A stretch of 64,000 nt of DNA from Candidatus Bathyarchaeota archaeon (lineage in GTDB: Archaea; Thermoproteota; Bathyarchaeia; 40CM-2-53-6): positions 455,622-519,621 of the forward strand of contig CAWHWX010000016.1 in the NCBI GenBank assembly GCA_963833125.1, in the 5' to 3' direction. Numbering within the stretch: the first letter of the stretch is position 1; the number at the start of each line of letters is the position of its first letter. Shown here piece by piece: positions 41,983-52,660 of this stretch. The position numbers were made by a program, and so were the translations under genes. Below the pieces are notes generated by a model, which searched no databases, was not told the origin of the DNA, and saw only the letters and a list, made by a program, of their open reading frames with translations.

Positions 41983-42207
41983 CTGACAGATTCGGCGTCA
42001 CAAGCGGAAGACAAGAAGACTTGGTCCTACGCGTTCATAATCCTCATACTAGTTTCAGTCTGGATGCTGCTAATGCGTTTGATGAACAGCGCGTTCCTCT
42101 CGTTGGAGTTCGAAATATCACTTGTCTATCTGCCCACCGTACTAGCGGGGATAGTCGCGTTTTATGTATCTAGGAAGCAAGAAAGGACATCCGTCAGTCA
42201 AATCTGA
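41983..42207 (+). CDS. 74-aa two-TM membrane protein, absent from the ORF track; apparent CTG start
   Basis: xTDSASQAEDKKTWSYAFIILILVSVWMLLMRLM...LVYLPTVLAGIVAFYVSRKQ...; begins 8 nt after the rpoK stop. Confidence 0.6.
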   Translation: MTDSASQAEDKKTWSYAFIILILVSVWMLLMRLMNSAFLSLEFEISLVYLPTVLAGIVAFYVSRKQERTSVSQI

Positions 42208-42355
42208 AACGTTTTAGGTTTCCCGTTCACCATAGATGCTGATTCGTCAAAGCAATGCGCTGCTAACAATTAGACGTAATTGGTTAGAAAAGTGACACGT
42301 ATCTGAGTACTTTCCTGGTTAGGTTTATCTTCAATGTTTTCTGCTGTATGAATGA

Positions 42356-43671
42356 TTGTATTTGCGAACCAGACGGTGCCTCATTGCGCTCTTGGTCTTA
42401 GGAATGATCATTTTGGTTTCAGCAGGAGCTGTAAGCAATGTTCACGCATCTCCATCGGTTAGCTTCGATCCTTCTAACGGAATTCCCGGAACGTTGGTAA
42501 CTGCCACGCTTTCCAGCTTCGATTCAAGCGACACGAGCTGCACTATTTCAGGTGGACCTGTATCCGATCCCACATCCTGCTCGTTGAGTGGTGGCTCAGG
42601 GACTCTCACATTCACTGTTAAGCAATACACTCCCGCGGGCAATTACATCATTACCGTGACCGGAAATTCAAAGAGTGATTCTGCCCAAACTTCATTCCAG
42701 GTCAATGGCCTGTCGATCTCCCTCAATCCAACCTCCGGCCCTGTTGGTACTGAAGTGAGCTTCACCATAAGCTCGGAGAATGTTCCTACGAATGACACCA
42801 GCTGCTCAGTTTCAAGTACGTCAGGCAACGTTGTGACACTTTCCGCATGCGTTGTCAACAACGGCGAGGGTAGTGGAACCTTCATAGTCGGGAACGTTTC
42901 ACCCGGCGACTACGTGATCGAAGTTACAGCATGCAGTGGCAACAACGGATGCGCACCTAGCGTGGGTGATTTTGCCCAGCAAGTGTTTACAGTTACGGTC
43001 TGGCCCTCTAATCACCCTCAACCCCGGGAACGGAGTTCCAGGCACTGATATCTCAGTCAGTGGGACAGGATTCGCGCTTTCCGACCAAGCTTGTTCCATC
43101 ACAAGTCCCTCAAACCCGAACGTCGTAGTAAATCCTGGTTGCGCTGTGACTGCAGGGACGGAAAATATTCACGGCAGTTTCATTGTGGGTAACGTTTCGC
43201 CTGGTCAGTACACAATAGAGGTCACCGGTTGCTCGGGTAACAACCCATGTGCACCAAGTCAGGGAGACTTCGCTCAAGAGGTGTTGACCGTTACGGGCAC
43301 ACCGAGCTCCGGGAATTGTACTAAACGCGATCTCTAGCGTCTCAGGCACGACAATCCAAGTATCAGGAACCGGCTTCTCGACAAGCGACACATCCTGTTC
43401 ACTATCGGGTTCCGCAGTAGGCTACTCGACTTGCTCAATCACAGGGGGAACACTAACTGGTTCATTTGTTGTGGCAGACGTAGTGTCCGGATATTACACG
43501 GTTACTGCGATTGGATCAACCGGCGACTCTGCCTCCGCCACGTTTGGAGTTGGCCCTTCAACAGCCCCAGCAGTACCCGGGTTCCCAATTGAAGCGATCC
43601 TCTCCGGCCTACTGCTAGGCATAGCAATAGTGGCCATGTTCCGCAGAAGACTCACGAATCATTCGAACTAA
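42356..43671 (+). CDS. Secreted protein with four Cys-pair beta-sandwich repeats and PGF-CTERM-like anchor; frameshifts at ~43000 and ~43325
   Basis: Repeats D.SC...C...G.F.VGNV.PG.Y.I.VT...GD.AQ; ends VPGFP, TM, RRR. Confidence 0.8.
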
Positions 43672-43825
43672 CTCGAATGATCCGAAATCGGACAACTGAA
43701 ACGATACTATCCGCGATTGGGATGCAACAAGTGCCCTAAACTGGGGCCGAAGCGACCATCACAACATGACGGCTGCTTCCGCTAAGCGTTAAACCAAATT
43801 CATTTCTCGGGTTCTCGTAATTCGG

Positions 43826-44170
43826 TTATCGGAAATAACCGCGCTGTTGGCGGATCGTTGGGATCATTGGATAAGTAATCCATGGCCTAGGTCCAACAAC
43901 AATAGGCGTCAATGTTGAATGGAACCGGCGTTGATGACAGGTAAGGCAGTATACAGATTGGACGCCGTACCTAGCGCAGGTCAAGCATATTGGGACTCCA
44001 CATTCCGAACAATAAACTTGGGCGATAGTTTGCGGATGGAAGTTGCAGAAGCTTGTGCTGGGAGGTTGGATTGGTGGAACAACCACAGAGTTACCGCACA
44101 TTAAGCAATAATTCGCCGCATCCCTGTTTTCGGAACCACACACTGAGCATATCTTGGGCAAACCGCTCAC
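43826..44170 (-). CDS. Zinc-ribbon + B-box-type zinc finger protein
   Basis: CSVCG...CLMCG; CNFHP...CSECG..IC..C...CLTCH. Confidence 0.75.
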   Translation of the reverse strand: MSGLPKICSVCGSENRDAANYCLMCGNSVVVPPIQPPSTSFCNFHPQTIAQVYCSECGVPICLTCARYGVQSVYCLTCHQRRFHSTLTPIVVGPRPWITYPMIPTIRQQRGYFR

Positions 44171-44274
44171 TCTGAGGTTATTAGTACGCTTTCTCGTAGA
44201 GATAATACTTCGCTAATGTCCCTTAAGTGAGATTCTTATTGCAGTTTATCGAAACCGCCTTGCCCGACCGTCCC

Positions 44275-44382
44275 ATGTCTCCTACGAAGTGCCCGAATTG
44301 TGGCGGATCGCTTGACTTCATCTCGGGTAGTAAGACTAGGTCGAAGTGTTGGAATTGCGGCTACTACAATGATTGTTGTTAG
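44275..44382 (+). CDS. 35-aa CPxCG-type zinc-finger microprotein, absent from the ORF track
   Basis: MSPTKCPNCGGSLDFISGSKTRSKCWNCGYYNDCC*; stop directly abuts the next start. Confidence 0.75.
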   Translation: MSPTKCPNCGGSLDFISGSKTRSKCWNCGYYNDCC

Positions 44383-45027
44383 GTGATTGATTTGCAGTAT
44401 GGGGATATCACAAATTATGTTAGCAGTTTGGTGGGTTCGGGGGATGAGTTGCAGGTCTGGGTTCGGGGCAGGTCGAATGAACTTAGGGATCACGGCGTGG
44501 TGCCGATTGACCCGACCAGAGGCCGATTCCTAGAACTCATGGCCAGAATCAAGTCCCCTAGACGAATCTTGGAAATTGGATCAGGCGCAGGGTACAGCGC
44601 GTTATGGTTCATGAAAGGTATGGGTCGAAAGGGAATATTGGAAACTATAGAAGCCGACCCGCAAGTTGCTAGCGAATTGCAAGAAGTCATCCAAAGAGCC
44701 GGGCTCAAGCGGAGAATAAAGATTCACCAGGGCGAAGCCCTGGAAATCCTTCGAAAACTGAAAGGACCGTACGACGTAATCTTCATCGACGCGGACAAGG
44801 ACGAATATCCACAATACTTGCGACAAGCGATGAAGCTAACCTCGGCTGGCAGTATTATTCTGGCCGACAATCTATTGTGGAGCGGCGCGACCTTCTTACA
44901 AGGTGTACGCAAGGAAGGGGCTGAAGGAATAATTGAGTATACGAAACGAATCTTCAACGACTCACGACTTTCAAGCCTACTCATTCCACTCGGAGATGGA
45001 TTAGGCATTAGCTACAGGGTCAAATAG
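44383..45027 (+). CDS. O-methyltransferase (COMT/YrrM family)
   Basis: LEIGSGAGYS, FIDADKDEY, ADNLLW, PLGDGL. Confidence 0.9.
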   Translation: MIDLQYGDITNYVSSLVGSGDELQVWVRGRSNELRDHGVVPIDPTRGRFLELMARIKSPRRILEIGSGAGYSALWFMKGMGRKGILETIEADPQVASELQEVIQRAGLKRRIKIHQGEALEILRKLKGPYDVIFIDADKDEYPQYLRQAMKLTSAGSIILADNLLWSGATFLQGVRKEGAEGIIEYTKRIFNDSRLSSLLIPLGDGLGISYRVK

Positions 45028-45097
45028 TCTTGAGAGAAGAGGCGCCGAGTAAATTAACTTAAGTGCGCACGAGCACATTCCAGTTGAGTTATCCAAC

Positions 45098-45682
45098 TTG
45101 TACCATGAAGGAAGTCGGAGACTTCAGGATCAGTTTGACACTAGGCGAATGGCGGACAGGATTCAAAAAGTTCTAGTCAGCGATAAGTTAACTCAATACA
45201 AAGAGCTAATCGAAAGCAGAGACATGTTTTTCATTGCCACCGCAGATAATATGGGGCACCCTAGCTGCTCGTACAAAGGTGGGGCGCCGGGTTTTGTGCG
45301 GGTTGTGGATGAACATACGCTCGCCTTCCCCAACTACGATGGAAATGGAATGTACCTTTCGATGGGTAACGTACTCCAGAATCCACACGTGGGCCTCCTA
45401 TTCATTGACCTCGAAGAAGGAGATAGGCTCAGAGTAAACGGACAAGCCACTATCAACTCACACGATCCGCTAATGGGTGAGTACCCAGAGGCGCAGTTCA
45501 TCGTGCGAATCCGCGCGACCCACGTCTTCCCCAACTGCCCACGCTACATCCACCAATACAAACTCATAGAACGATCCAAGTTCGTTCCGAAAAAGGGGCG
45601 TAAGACTCCGGTTCCGGAATGGAAGCGTTCTGATTGGGCGACGGATGTACTTCCTGCAGGCGACCCCGCAAGATCAACCTAG
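45098..45682 (+). CDS. Pyridoxamine 5'-phosphate oxidase-like FMN-binding protein
   Basis: SYKGGAPGFV, YDGNGMYLSMGN, RLRVNG, NCPRYIH. Confidence 0.88.
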   Translation: MYHEGSRRLQDQFDTRRMADRIQKVLVSDKLTQYKELIESRDMFFIATADNMGHPSCSYKGGAPGFVRVVDEHTLAFPNYDGNGMYLSMGNVLQNPHVGLLFIDLEEGDRLRVNGQATINSHDPLMGEYPEAQFIVRIRATHVFPNCPRYIHQYKLIERSKFVPKKGRKTPVPEWKRSDWATDVLPAGDPARST

Positions 45683-45716
45683 GAAAGGATCCTAGCATTC
45701 AACCAACTGATGAGAC

Positions 45717-46565
45717 ATGTTCAGGCCCACTTCGGTTGCAATGCGGAGACTTCTGCTTGTTGCTGGTGCACTTGTATTTTTAGCCGGCTTCCAACTCTTC
45801 ATCCTGACAGAACAGACCGACCTATACTTTGCCTGGACGATCCAGCCTCCCTTAACGGCGGCATTCCTCGGTGGAGGATACTTCGCGAGTTTTCTTCTTG
45901 AGGCTCTGGCTGCGAGGGAGCGGGAGTGGACCAGAGCTCGGATAGCCGTTCCCGCAGTTTTCACATTCACAACCCTAACCTTAGTCGCGACGATAATGCA
46001 CGCCGACCGGTTTCATTTCAGCTCCTCATTTCTAATCGCACGATTCGCGGCTTGGTTTTGGCTCGCAATCTACGCTATTGTCCCTCCTGCAATGGTTGCG
46101 GTCTGGTTTCGGCAACTGAGAACAAAGGGCGAAGATCGCCCACGTTCCGCGGTTCTCTCCAAATTTCTTCTGGTCGTTTTGACGATTCAAGCGACGATCA
46201 TGCTCATTGCTGGCTTAGGCCTGTTCATAGTCCCCGCCACCTTCGACCCGTTATGGCCTTGGAAACTCACCCCGTTAACGAGCCAGGCAATTGGGGCATG
46301 GCTGGTTGGCCTTGGAGTCTTCGCGGCCCAAGCTGTTGCGGAGAACGATTACTCAAGAATCAGGGCGGGAGTCGTCAGCTACTTGGGCTTCAGCCTGCTG
46401 GAGTTGGTCGCTTTGGTCCGGTATCCAGCAAATGTTAGCTGGGATCAGCCTGCGTCTTGGCTGTACACGAGTTTCGTAGTTAGTATACTTTTCATTGGGC
46501 TATTCATGCTGCCAAAACTGTCCGCAGGCTCTCACGATGGTGAGTCACCGCGGGACGTTCACTGA
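45717..46565 (+). CDS. Hypothetical multi-pass membrane protein with internal duplication
   Basis: FAWTIQPPLTAAFLG versus WPWKLTPLTSQAIG. Confidence 0.75.
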   Translation: MFRPTSVAMRRLLLVAGALVFLAGFQLFILTEQTDLYFAWTIQPPLTAAFLGGGYFASFLLEALAAREREWTRARIAVPAVFTFTTLTLVATIMHADRFHFSSSFLIARFAAWFWLAIYAIVPPAMVAVWFRQLRTKGEDRPRSAVLSKFLLVVLTIQATIMLIAGLGLFIVPATFDPLWPWKLTPLTSQAIGAWLVGLGVFAAQAVAENDYSRIRAGVVSYLGFSLLELVALVRYPANVSWDQPASWLYTSFVVSILFIGLFMLPKLSAGSHDGESPRDVH

Positions 46566-46684
46566 ACTAAGTGAGTTTTTCCCGACTTCTAGACTCCGCA
46601 GATGGAGTACTGGATTGCGATGGCGTGGGATTCTTTCCGATAAACCCATAAACGGCCTTACAATCGACGCAACCGCGTCAGGCG

Positions 46685-48043
46685 ATGCTAAGAATTAGTA
46701 AGACCCGAGCTCTGCAAGTCTCACTCGTCGCCATCGTCTCGGTAATCATTGTAGAAGGGCTCGCCGGAATCACAACGGGGAGCCTGTCGCTGTTAAGCGA
46801 CGCCGGGCACGCCTTTTTCGATGCCATATCGACACTCATCCTGTTTGTCGCAACCAGCCTCTCGCTCAAACCAGCTGATGAAGACCACACGTACGGTCAC
46901 GGCAAGATAGAGTCGCTGGGGGCTCTAGTCGGGGGGATCACTCTCTTGTTATTCGCGATCGGAATTACAGCCCTTGCATTGCTACGACTCAGCGTTGGGA
47001 ACCATGCCCAACCAGGACTACTGGGGTATGCGGCGGCCTCATACACAATGAGTATCGAGATCGTTCGGATGATAATTCTCACCGCAGCGTTGAAAACTGG
47101 AAGTCTTTCCATTAAGGCTGACCTGTATCACGCAGCCTCCGACTTCTTCTCGACATCTCTGGTATTCGTCGCGTTAGGACTAACGAGCCTTGGCTACACT
47201 GTTGGGGACACCGCCGTATCTTTCGTTCTTGCTGGTCTCCTGGGCTATCTCAGCCTGAAACTGATTTACAGCTCGATGCTCGACCTCAGCGACGCAGTCT
47301 CCGGAAAACTAGTACAGTCAATTCTGCGAGAGATCAAGAGCACTGACGACGTGTTGAAATGCAAATCACTACGAGTTAGACGCGTTGGTGAACAAACCTA
47401 TGTGGACGCGGTTTGCGCAATTTCACCGGATGCGAAAGTTACTGACGCGGATACAATAGCCTCGAGAATAGAGGCAAGGCTCACAAAGTTACTTGGAAAG
47501 GCCACGATAATGATACATGTGGAGCCTCTCGAATGGGGCCTCCCAATGGAGTTACTTGTGCGTAATGCCACGAATCAAGTCGAGGGTGCAAGGGGCGTGC
47601 ACAACCTATCCGTCACTGCCGTTGAAGACGGGATTTATGTAACGTTGCACGTTCAAGTGGACCCTTCCCTCCCCTTAGATAAGGCGCACGAGATCGCACG
47701 TTCCGTTGAACAGGGGATCGAGAAATCGATTCCTAGAATTCGCCAGGTCACCGTCCACCTAGAACCTATGCTCCCAGAAATTGGAGAAGGGCAAATCGTA
47801 GAGGACAAACATGTTTCCGATACCGTAAGGTCTGTAATCAAACACTATCCAGAAGTTCTGAAAATAAGTGCAATAGCAACATACCGAGCGGAAGGCAAGC
47901 TGCACATAAACGTCCACTGCTTATTCCGAGCCAACGAACCAATCTCAGAGGTTCATGAGATGGTTTCTAAGATCGAAGAGAGTCTTAGGGAAAAGTTCGA
48001 CAACGCGATCGTAACGATTCATCCGGAACCAATTGCGTCCTAG
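46685..48043 (+). CDS. Cation diffusion facilitator with three C-terminal ZT_dimer domains
   Basis: SDAGHAFFD, HTYGHGKIE, ADLYHAASD; HVEP, HLEP and HPEP repeats. Confidence 0.9.
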   Translation: MLRISKTRALQVSLVAIVSVIIVEGLAGITTGSLSLLSDAGHAFFDAISTLILFVATSLSLKPADEDHTYGHGKIESLGALVGGITLLLFAIGITALALLRLSVGNHAQPGLLGYAAASYTMSIEIVRMIILTAALKTGSLSIKADLYHAASDFFSTSLVFVALGLTSLGYTVGDTAVSFVLAGLLGYLSLKLIYSSMLDLSDAVSGKLVQSILREIKSTDDVLKCKSLRVRRVGEQTYVDAVCAISPDAKVTDADTIASRIEARLTKLLGKATIMIHVEPLEWGLPMELLVRNATNQVEGARGVHNLSVTAVEDGIYVTLHVQVDPSLPLDKAHEIARSVEQGIEKSIPRIRQVTVHLEPMLPEIGEGQIVEDKHVSDTVRSVIKHYPEVLKISAIATYRAEGKLHINVHCLFRANEPISEVHEMVSKIEESLREKFDNAIVTIHPEPIAS

Positions 48044-48559
48044 TCATGCCGGACCAACGAAGGATTTTGACATGACATACGCATCTGAGCCGTCGAAGTA
48101 GTACCTTGGAATGGTACGGGAAACGTCGAACCCCATTTTCTTGTATAGGTTAATGGCAGGGTAGTTCCCCACGCGCACTTCGAGGTAACACTCGTCAACG
48201 TGACGGATGGACATGGCTGTAAGAGCCTGTTGTACGAGAGAGTAACCCATTCCCAGGTTGCGATACTCAGGCATGACCGCAACAGAAACTATGTGGCCTT
48301 TCCTAGCAAAGCGAAGGTGCCTTAGATCCGAGAAACCGTGTTCGAGACGGCACATTATGTAGCCGACGACTCGTGCTTGAGATTCAGCGACTATGAACGC
48401 ATCAGGTAAGGTGTTGAATGTATCTAGGAAGAAGTAGGGTGCGTAATTTTCCGGAAGGCAAACTTTGTTTATGTTCATGACCGCATCGAGGTCGCCGGGA
48501 CCAAAACCGCGAAGCGTGTAGTTTCTCTGAATCAGCAATGGGTTACTCGCCGATTTCAT
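48044..48559 (-). CDS. rimI: N-terminal acetyltransferase (RimI/Ard1)
   Basis: CLPENY, GYIMCR, GHIVSVAV, LEVRVGN..AI.LY, RYYFDGSDAY. Confidence 0.92.
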   Translation of the reverse strand: MKSASNPLLIQRNYTLRGFGPGDLDAVMNINKVCLPENYAPYFFLDTFNTLPDAFIVAESQARVVGYIMCRLEHGFSDLRHLRFARKGHIVSVAVMPEYRNLGMGYSLVQQALTAMSIRHVDECYLEVRVGNYPAINLYKKMGFDVSRTIPRYYFDGSDAYVMSKSFVGPA

Positions 48560-48666
48560 GCAAGCGACGACTATTTGATATTACCTACACCGCGAGGTGA
48601 CTATAATCGTGAATATGTTTAAAAGAGGTCTACCGGCTTAGCCTCGAAAAACAGAAGGATAGCAGC

Positions 48667-49806
48667 GTGACTGCCGACCCGACGCCAACTTTTGCCCCGG
48701 CAGCGCCACCGTTTGGGATAGACTTCGGCTCTATCCGTAGCATGCTTGAATACCGGTTTACTGTCCTGGACGCTTACGTGGACGTAAATGGCCTCCCGAC
48801 CTTCGTGGTTGCAACCGAGCCGGTGAAGGTCAAGTTCCGTGAATTGTTACACGACCTAGCTAACCACGGTCTGATGGCTAAGGTAAGACGGGTCGCCGAC
48901 AAGCTCGTTATATCCGTATTTCCAAAACCCATTTTGGGCAAACCAAGAAGAAGGATCAATCTACTGCTCTTCCTCGCGACATTAGTTACGGTGTCGGTGG
49001 CGAGCTACCTGAACATATTCGGGGTAGACCCTCGACTCGCCTCTGTCATGTTTTCCGGTTTTAGCGCGACCAGTCAGGCTGTAGCTTTGGCGGCCGGGAT
49101 TCTGGGCATAATTGGACTTCACGAATTCGGACACGTTCTCGCTGTTCGCCATCACAAGATGGACGCCACCCTCCCATACTTCGTCCCCGGACCACCGCCA
49201 ATAGGGACATTTGGCGCAATGATCTCCCTCCGTGGCCCACCTACCAATCGGGATCAATTATTTGACTTAGGCTTCAGCGGGCCCATCACAGGGTTCGTGG
49301 TCATACTCTTTGTTGCGATCGTAGCCATTATGACCTCACCAATAATTACTAGCCAACAGGCGACCCAGCTCCTTGGAGCTAAACTGTTACAATACAATTC
49401 CTGGCCAAACGAGCCATTCTTTCTCGACCTGTTGACACAAGCTGGTTTACGCTCAGTCCCTGCTGGCCAAGTACTAGTGTTGACTCAAGTTGTTTTTGCA
49501 GCGGAAGTTGGTGCGTTGATAACTTTCCTCAATCTTCTGCCCGTCTGGCAACTGGACGGCGGACACATCACTAGAGCTGCGCTTGGACCTCAAGGACATA
49601 AGGCCACGGCGGTTGTTGCCTTCGGGATCTTGTTGCTTGCAGGTTACTGGCCATTCGCTATTCTGCTCCTAGTGTTCATGTTCATAAGCCGACGCCCGTT
49701 CGAAGGTCTCGAGCCGTTGGACGATCTTTCTCCGCTCTCCAATTCGAGAAAAGTTTTGTTTGCTTTAGCTCTAGTGATACTTGCACTCTCATTCGTAATA
49801 TTGTGA
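48667..49806 (+). CDS. Site-2 protease (M50 family)
   Basis: HEFGH, GTFGA, NLLPVWQLDGGH. Confidence 0.93.
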   Translation: MTADPTPTFAPAAPPFGIDFGSIRSMLEYRFTVLDAYVDVNGLPTFVVATEPVKVKFRELLHDLANHGLMAKVRRVADKLVISVFPKPILGKPRRRINLLLFLATLVTVSVASYLNIFGVDPRLASVMFSGFSATSQAVALAAGILGIIGLHEFGHVLAVRHHKMDATLPYFVPGPPPIGTFGAMISLRGPPTNRDQLFDLGFSGPITGFVVILFVAIVAIMTSPIITSQQATQLLGAKLLQYNSWPNEPFFLDLLTQAGLRSVPAGQVLVLTQVVFAAEVGALITFLNLLPVWQLDGGHITRAALGPQGHKATAVVAFGILLLAGYWPFAILLLVFMFISRRPFEGLEPLDDLSPLSNSRKVLFALALVILALSFVIL

Positions 49807-49831
49807 GCCAGGGATCCGAATAGGATTCGCT

Positions 49832-50528
49832 ATGCCGCTGAACCTGCAGCTTAAGCTGCTGGAGTTAACGAGTGAAAGGCGTTCAGTCAATGTTGCGGAC
49901 TTAGGAGCTACTCAACAAGCGAGTCTAGATGCGAAGCTCAACACGCTACGAGAGAATGGAATGGTGTCGGTCTCAAACGGACTGGTGAGCATGGATAGTC
50001 GACAACGGATGATGCTCGCCGAAGAGTTGATTCACAACGGGGGTGATCCGAAGAAGATTTCGCGGCTATTGGGTTGGCAGGAGTTCGAAGATTTCACCGA
50101 ACGTACGTTTTCTGCGAACGGTTTTCACACTGTGAAGCATTTCGTCTTCAAATCTAGAGCTGGGAGGCGAGAGATCGACATACTCGCCTGGAATGATACC
50201 TTAACGTTCGCGGTGGATTGCAAACACTGGCTAAGAGGCTTATCGACGAAACAGATGCGGGACGCAGCGCGGGCACAGATCGAACGAGTCGTTTCATTAG
50301 CTAACCGGCCGGATCTGCTTGAGCGTACTTCGAGTTGATCAAACCGAAAGACGCAGCATCATGCCCGTCATACTAGCGTTAAGCGATGCCAGGGCTCGCA
50401 TAGTCGAGGGGGTCCCAGTGGTTTCAGTGTCAAAGCTATTGAGTTTCATTTACGGCGTTTCCCCGGTTGACGATGGGATGAAACGCATCCCAGTGTCTCG
50501 CTTCGGAGTTCAATCACGACTAGGGTAA
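49832..50528 (+). CDS. wHTH + PD-(D/E)xK restriction endonuclease-like protein; frameshift at ~50325
   Basis: WQEFE, EIDILA, VDCKHW, GVPVVSVSKL. Confidence 0.8.
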
Positions 50529-50591
50529 ACCGCCCCATTACCATGGCGGACCGAAGCGCTAATCTCAGCGAGATGGGACAGCAAGGTGACC

Positions 50592-51259
50592 TTGACAGAG
50601 AAAGAACAGAGCCTCCAGCAACTCACCAGCGCTATATTGGCGGGTAAACTGGACGAAGCGAGGCAGAACACTTACCGGCGTTAGGCAGGGGAAACGCAAA
50701 CAGCGAACTGTTAGACGCCATAATTGAGGCGACGAACATCGTAATGGATCTGCACGAGGTCGGTCAATATGACCACGGAAAACTTGCAGGAGTCGAAAGC
50801 GCAGTAAGTGCCTCTCTCCAAGTCCTAGAAGATTGGCTCGCTAAATCGCAGGCGAAGTTCGGAGTGAAAGTCACCGTAGGACCTGTAGGTTTCAGAGCGG
50901 GCGCATTACCATCATTGGCATTGGCGGCCGCGTTGAGGTCTGCAGGTTTTGATGCGGTGAGTCTTGGTAAGACTCAGACAGCTCTCGAGCTTCTTCGGAA
51001 CTCGGAGGAGCTAGGCGCCAACCTCGTTATTCCTTTGCTGCCTGGAGACGGAGTAGAAGAACACTTGCGAAACTTTGCGGACGAACTTGAACGAGGTGGC
51101 TTTCGGAACAAGTTTGAAGCTATTCCGATTGCGCCGGGTCTCGCCGAGAGTGTCGAATCAACCTTCATTGTAGCACGAAATTCTGGCGAGGCAATTAGCA
51201 AGGCGACAGAATGGGCACTCAGAAAACATTCAGCGAGTCACAAGACGTTAGATCGATGA
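50592..51259 (+). CDS. Corrinoid-protein-like (B12 cap + Rossmann) protein lacking DxHxxG; frameshift at ~50672
   Basis: LTSAILAGKLDEA...LLDAIIEA.NIV helical cap; LRSAGFDAVSLG. Confidence 0.6.
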
Positions 51260-51319
51260 TGACCCGGTCTGGTTCTTGAACGGGCGAGGTTATGTGAGTT
51301 GGAGTTGTCTCTTCCCCTA

Positions 51320-52498
51320 TCAGTCTCGGTTTTCAGCAGGTTTCATGTTCCTTAGTTTGGTTCCGCATTTAATGCAGTGCACCCAATCTGGTTCTGTCAC
51401 CATCCCGCAATTGGGGCAGGTGGGAGTCGTTTCTTGGACTGCTTCTTGAACGGGTTCCTCTACTGGAGTTACGGTGGTGCTGGATTTGCGTCGAAGCAAG
51501 ACTACGCCGATTACCGTAAGGCCGATTCCAACACCAAATATCACTGGGATCGCGAGGGGCAGATAGTTGACCGCGAATTTTGCGGTAATTGTCTTTGGTG
51601 AATCCATTGTTACGTTTAACAGTGGCAATGAGGATTGAACGTCACCTCCCCAACTTGTGAAACTTTGCGTGACGCCGAAAAGATTGAGGGGCCATTGACC
51701 AGCGCCTGACGACGGTGCCGTTAGAGTTGCGTTTGACCCCTTATCGTACCATGCTTGAGACGTAGAGCCAGAGTTTATTGTCAACAGATATTGCGTTTTG
51801 TAGTCAACGCTCAGGGCAACGTCACCGTCGATTAGTACGTGACGTTGCGGTTCGGTAACACCGTCACTCCATTGTACGAAAACGATTCGGGTTGAGTTCT
51901 GAAATTCAACAATAGGCGGGACCCCGACTAGTGGGCTGCTATCAACCGCCAATTCAATGTTAGCATTACCGCTAGCTGACGTTTGGACGGTTGTACTGTC
52001 AATGGTTACGCTGACATCAGGTGCGCCGATGATGATGTTTAGATTCGCGGACTTAGCAATCTTAATTGTCGTCCGGCTAACCGCCAGCCCGCTTACCGCG
52101 TCGTTGAAAGTTCTCCAAGTTCCATTGTCGAGAAAGAGCGCATATGCGGTGAGGCTCAAGAGCCCTTCAGTCGAAGGCGCCGTTAGGCTGACATTCCAAA
52201 CCTGATCACCACCATTCGAAACTATCGCGGGGTCACTCTGCCACAAAGGGCTGGTCGAGTTATCATTCCCAGGGTAGATCACCCCACGAATTGTAGCGCT
52301 GTCCGGTAAACCCTGAATCGCATATTCAATGTCCAGACTCACAGGAAAAGATGCTCCTGGAGCAACTTGGCGCGGACATTGAAAACTCGCAACGCGTAGC
52401 ATTCCAATATTGGGTGCGGCTGAAACAGATGCGACGATGGGGCCTAGGATCAAAGCGACAAGTGCGATGAAAATGATCGATTTGGACTTTATCATCAC
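51320..52498 (-). CDS. Surface protein: ectodomain, TM, cytoplasmic zinc ribbon
   Basis: Signal peptide; YKTQYLLTI...WYDKG repeat domain; TM then RRK; CPNCG...CIKCG. Confidence 0.8.
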   Translation of the reverse strand: MMIKSKSIIFIALVALILGPIVASVSAAPNIGMLRVASFQCPRQVAPGASFPVSLDIEYAIQGLPDSATIRGVIYPGNDNSTSPLWQSDPAIVSNGGDQVWNVSLTAPSTEGLLSLTAYALFLDNGTWRTFNDAVSGLAVSRTTIKIAKSANLNIIIGAPDVSVTIDSTTVQTSASGNANIELAVDSSPLVGVPPIVEFQNSTRIVFVQWSDGVTEPQRHVLIDGDVALSVDYKTQYLLTINSGSTSQAWYDKGSNATLTAPSSGAGQWPLNLFGVTQSFTSWGGDVQSSLPLLNVTMDSPKTITAKFAVNYLPLAIPVIFGVGIGLTVIGVVLLRRKSSTTVTPVEEPVQEAVQETTPTCPNCGMVTEPDWVHCIKCGTKLRNMKPAENRD

Positions 52499-52660
52499 AC
52501 TTACTCCACTGATTCTAGATGGCTACGTGACCTAAACGATAGACCGGCTTGGAATATTATATGAATTGAACACGCACGCTCTTGTCAATCAGGTAGGTGC
52601 ATGAATGGACCTGCTATGACGGATTCATCGAGCCATAACCTTCGATTAAGGGACGGCGAG

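Noticed and set aside
49832-50528. Restriction-modification or defence system
   Set aside because: Lone PD-(D/E)xK protein among housekeeping genes with no DNA methyltransferase or other defence genes adjacent
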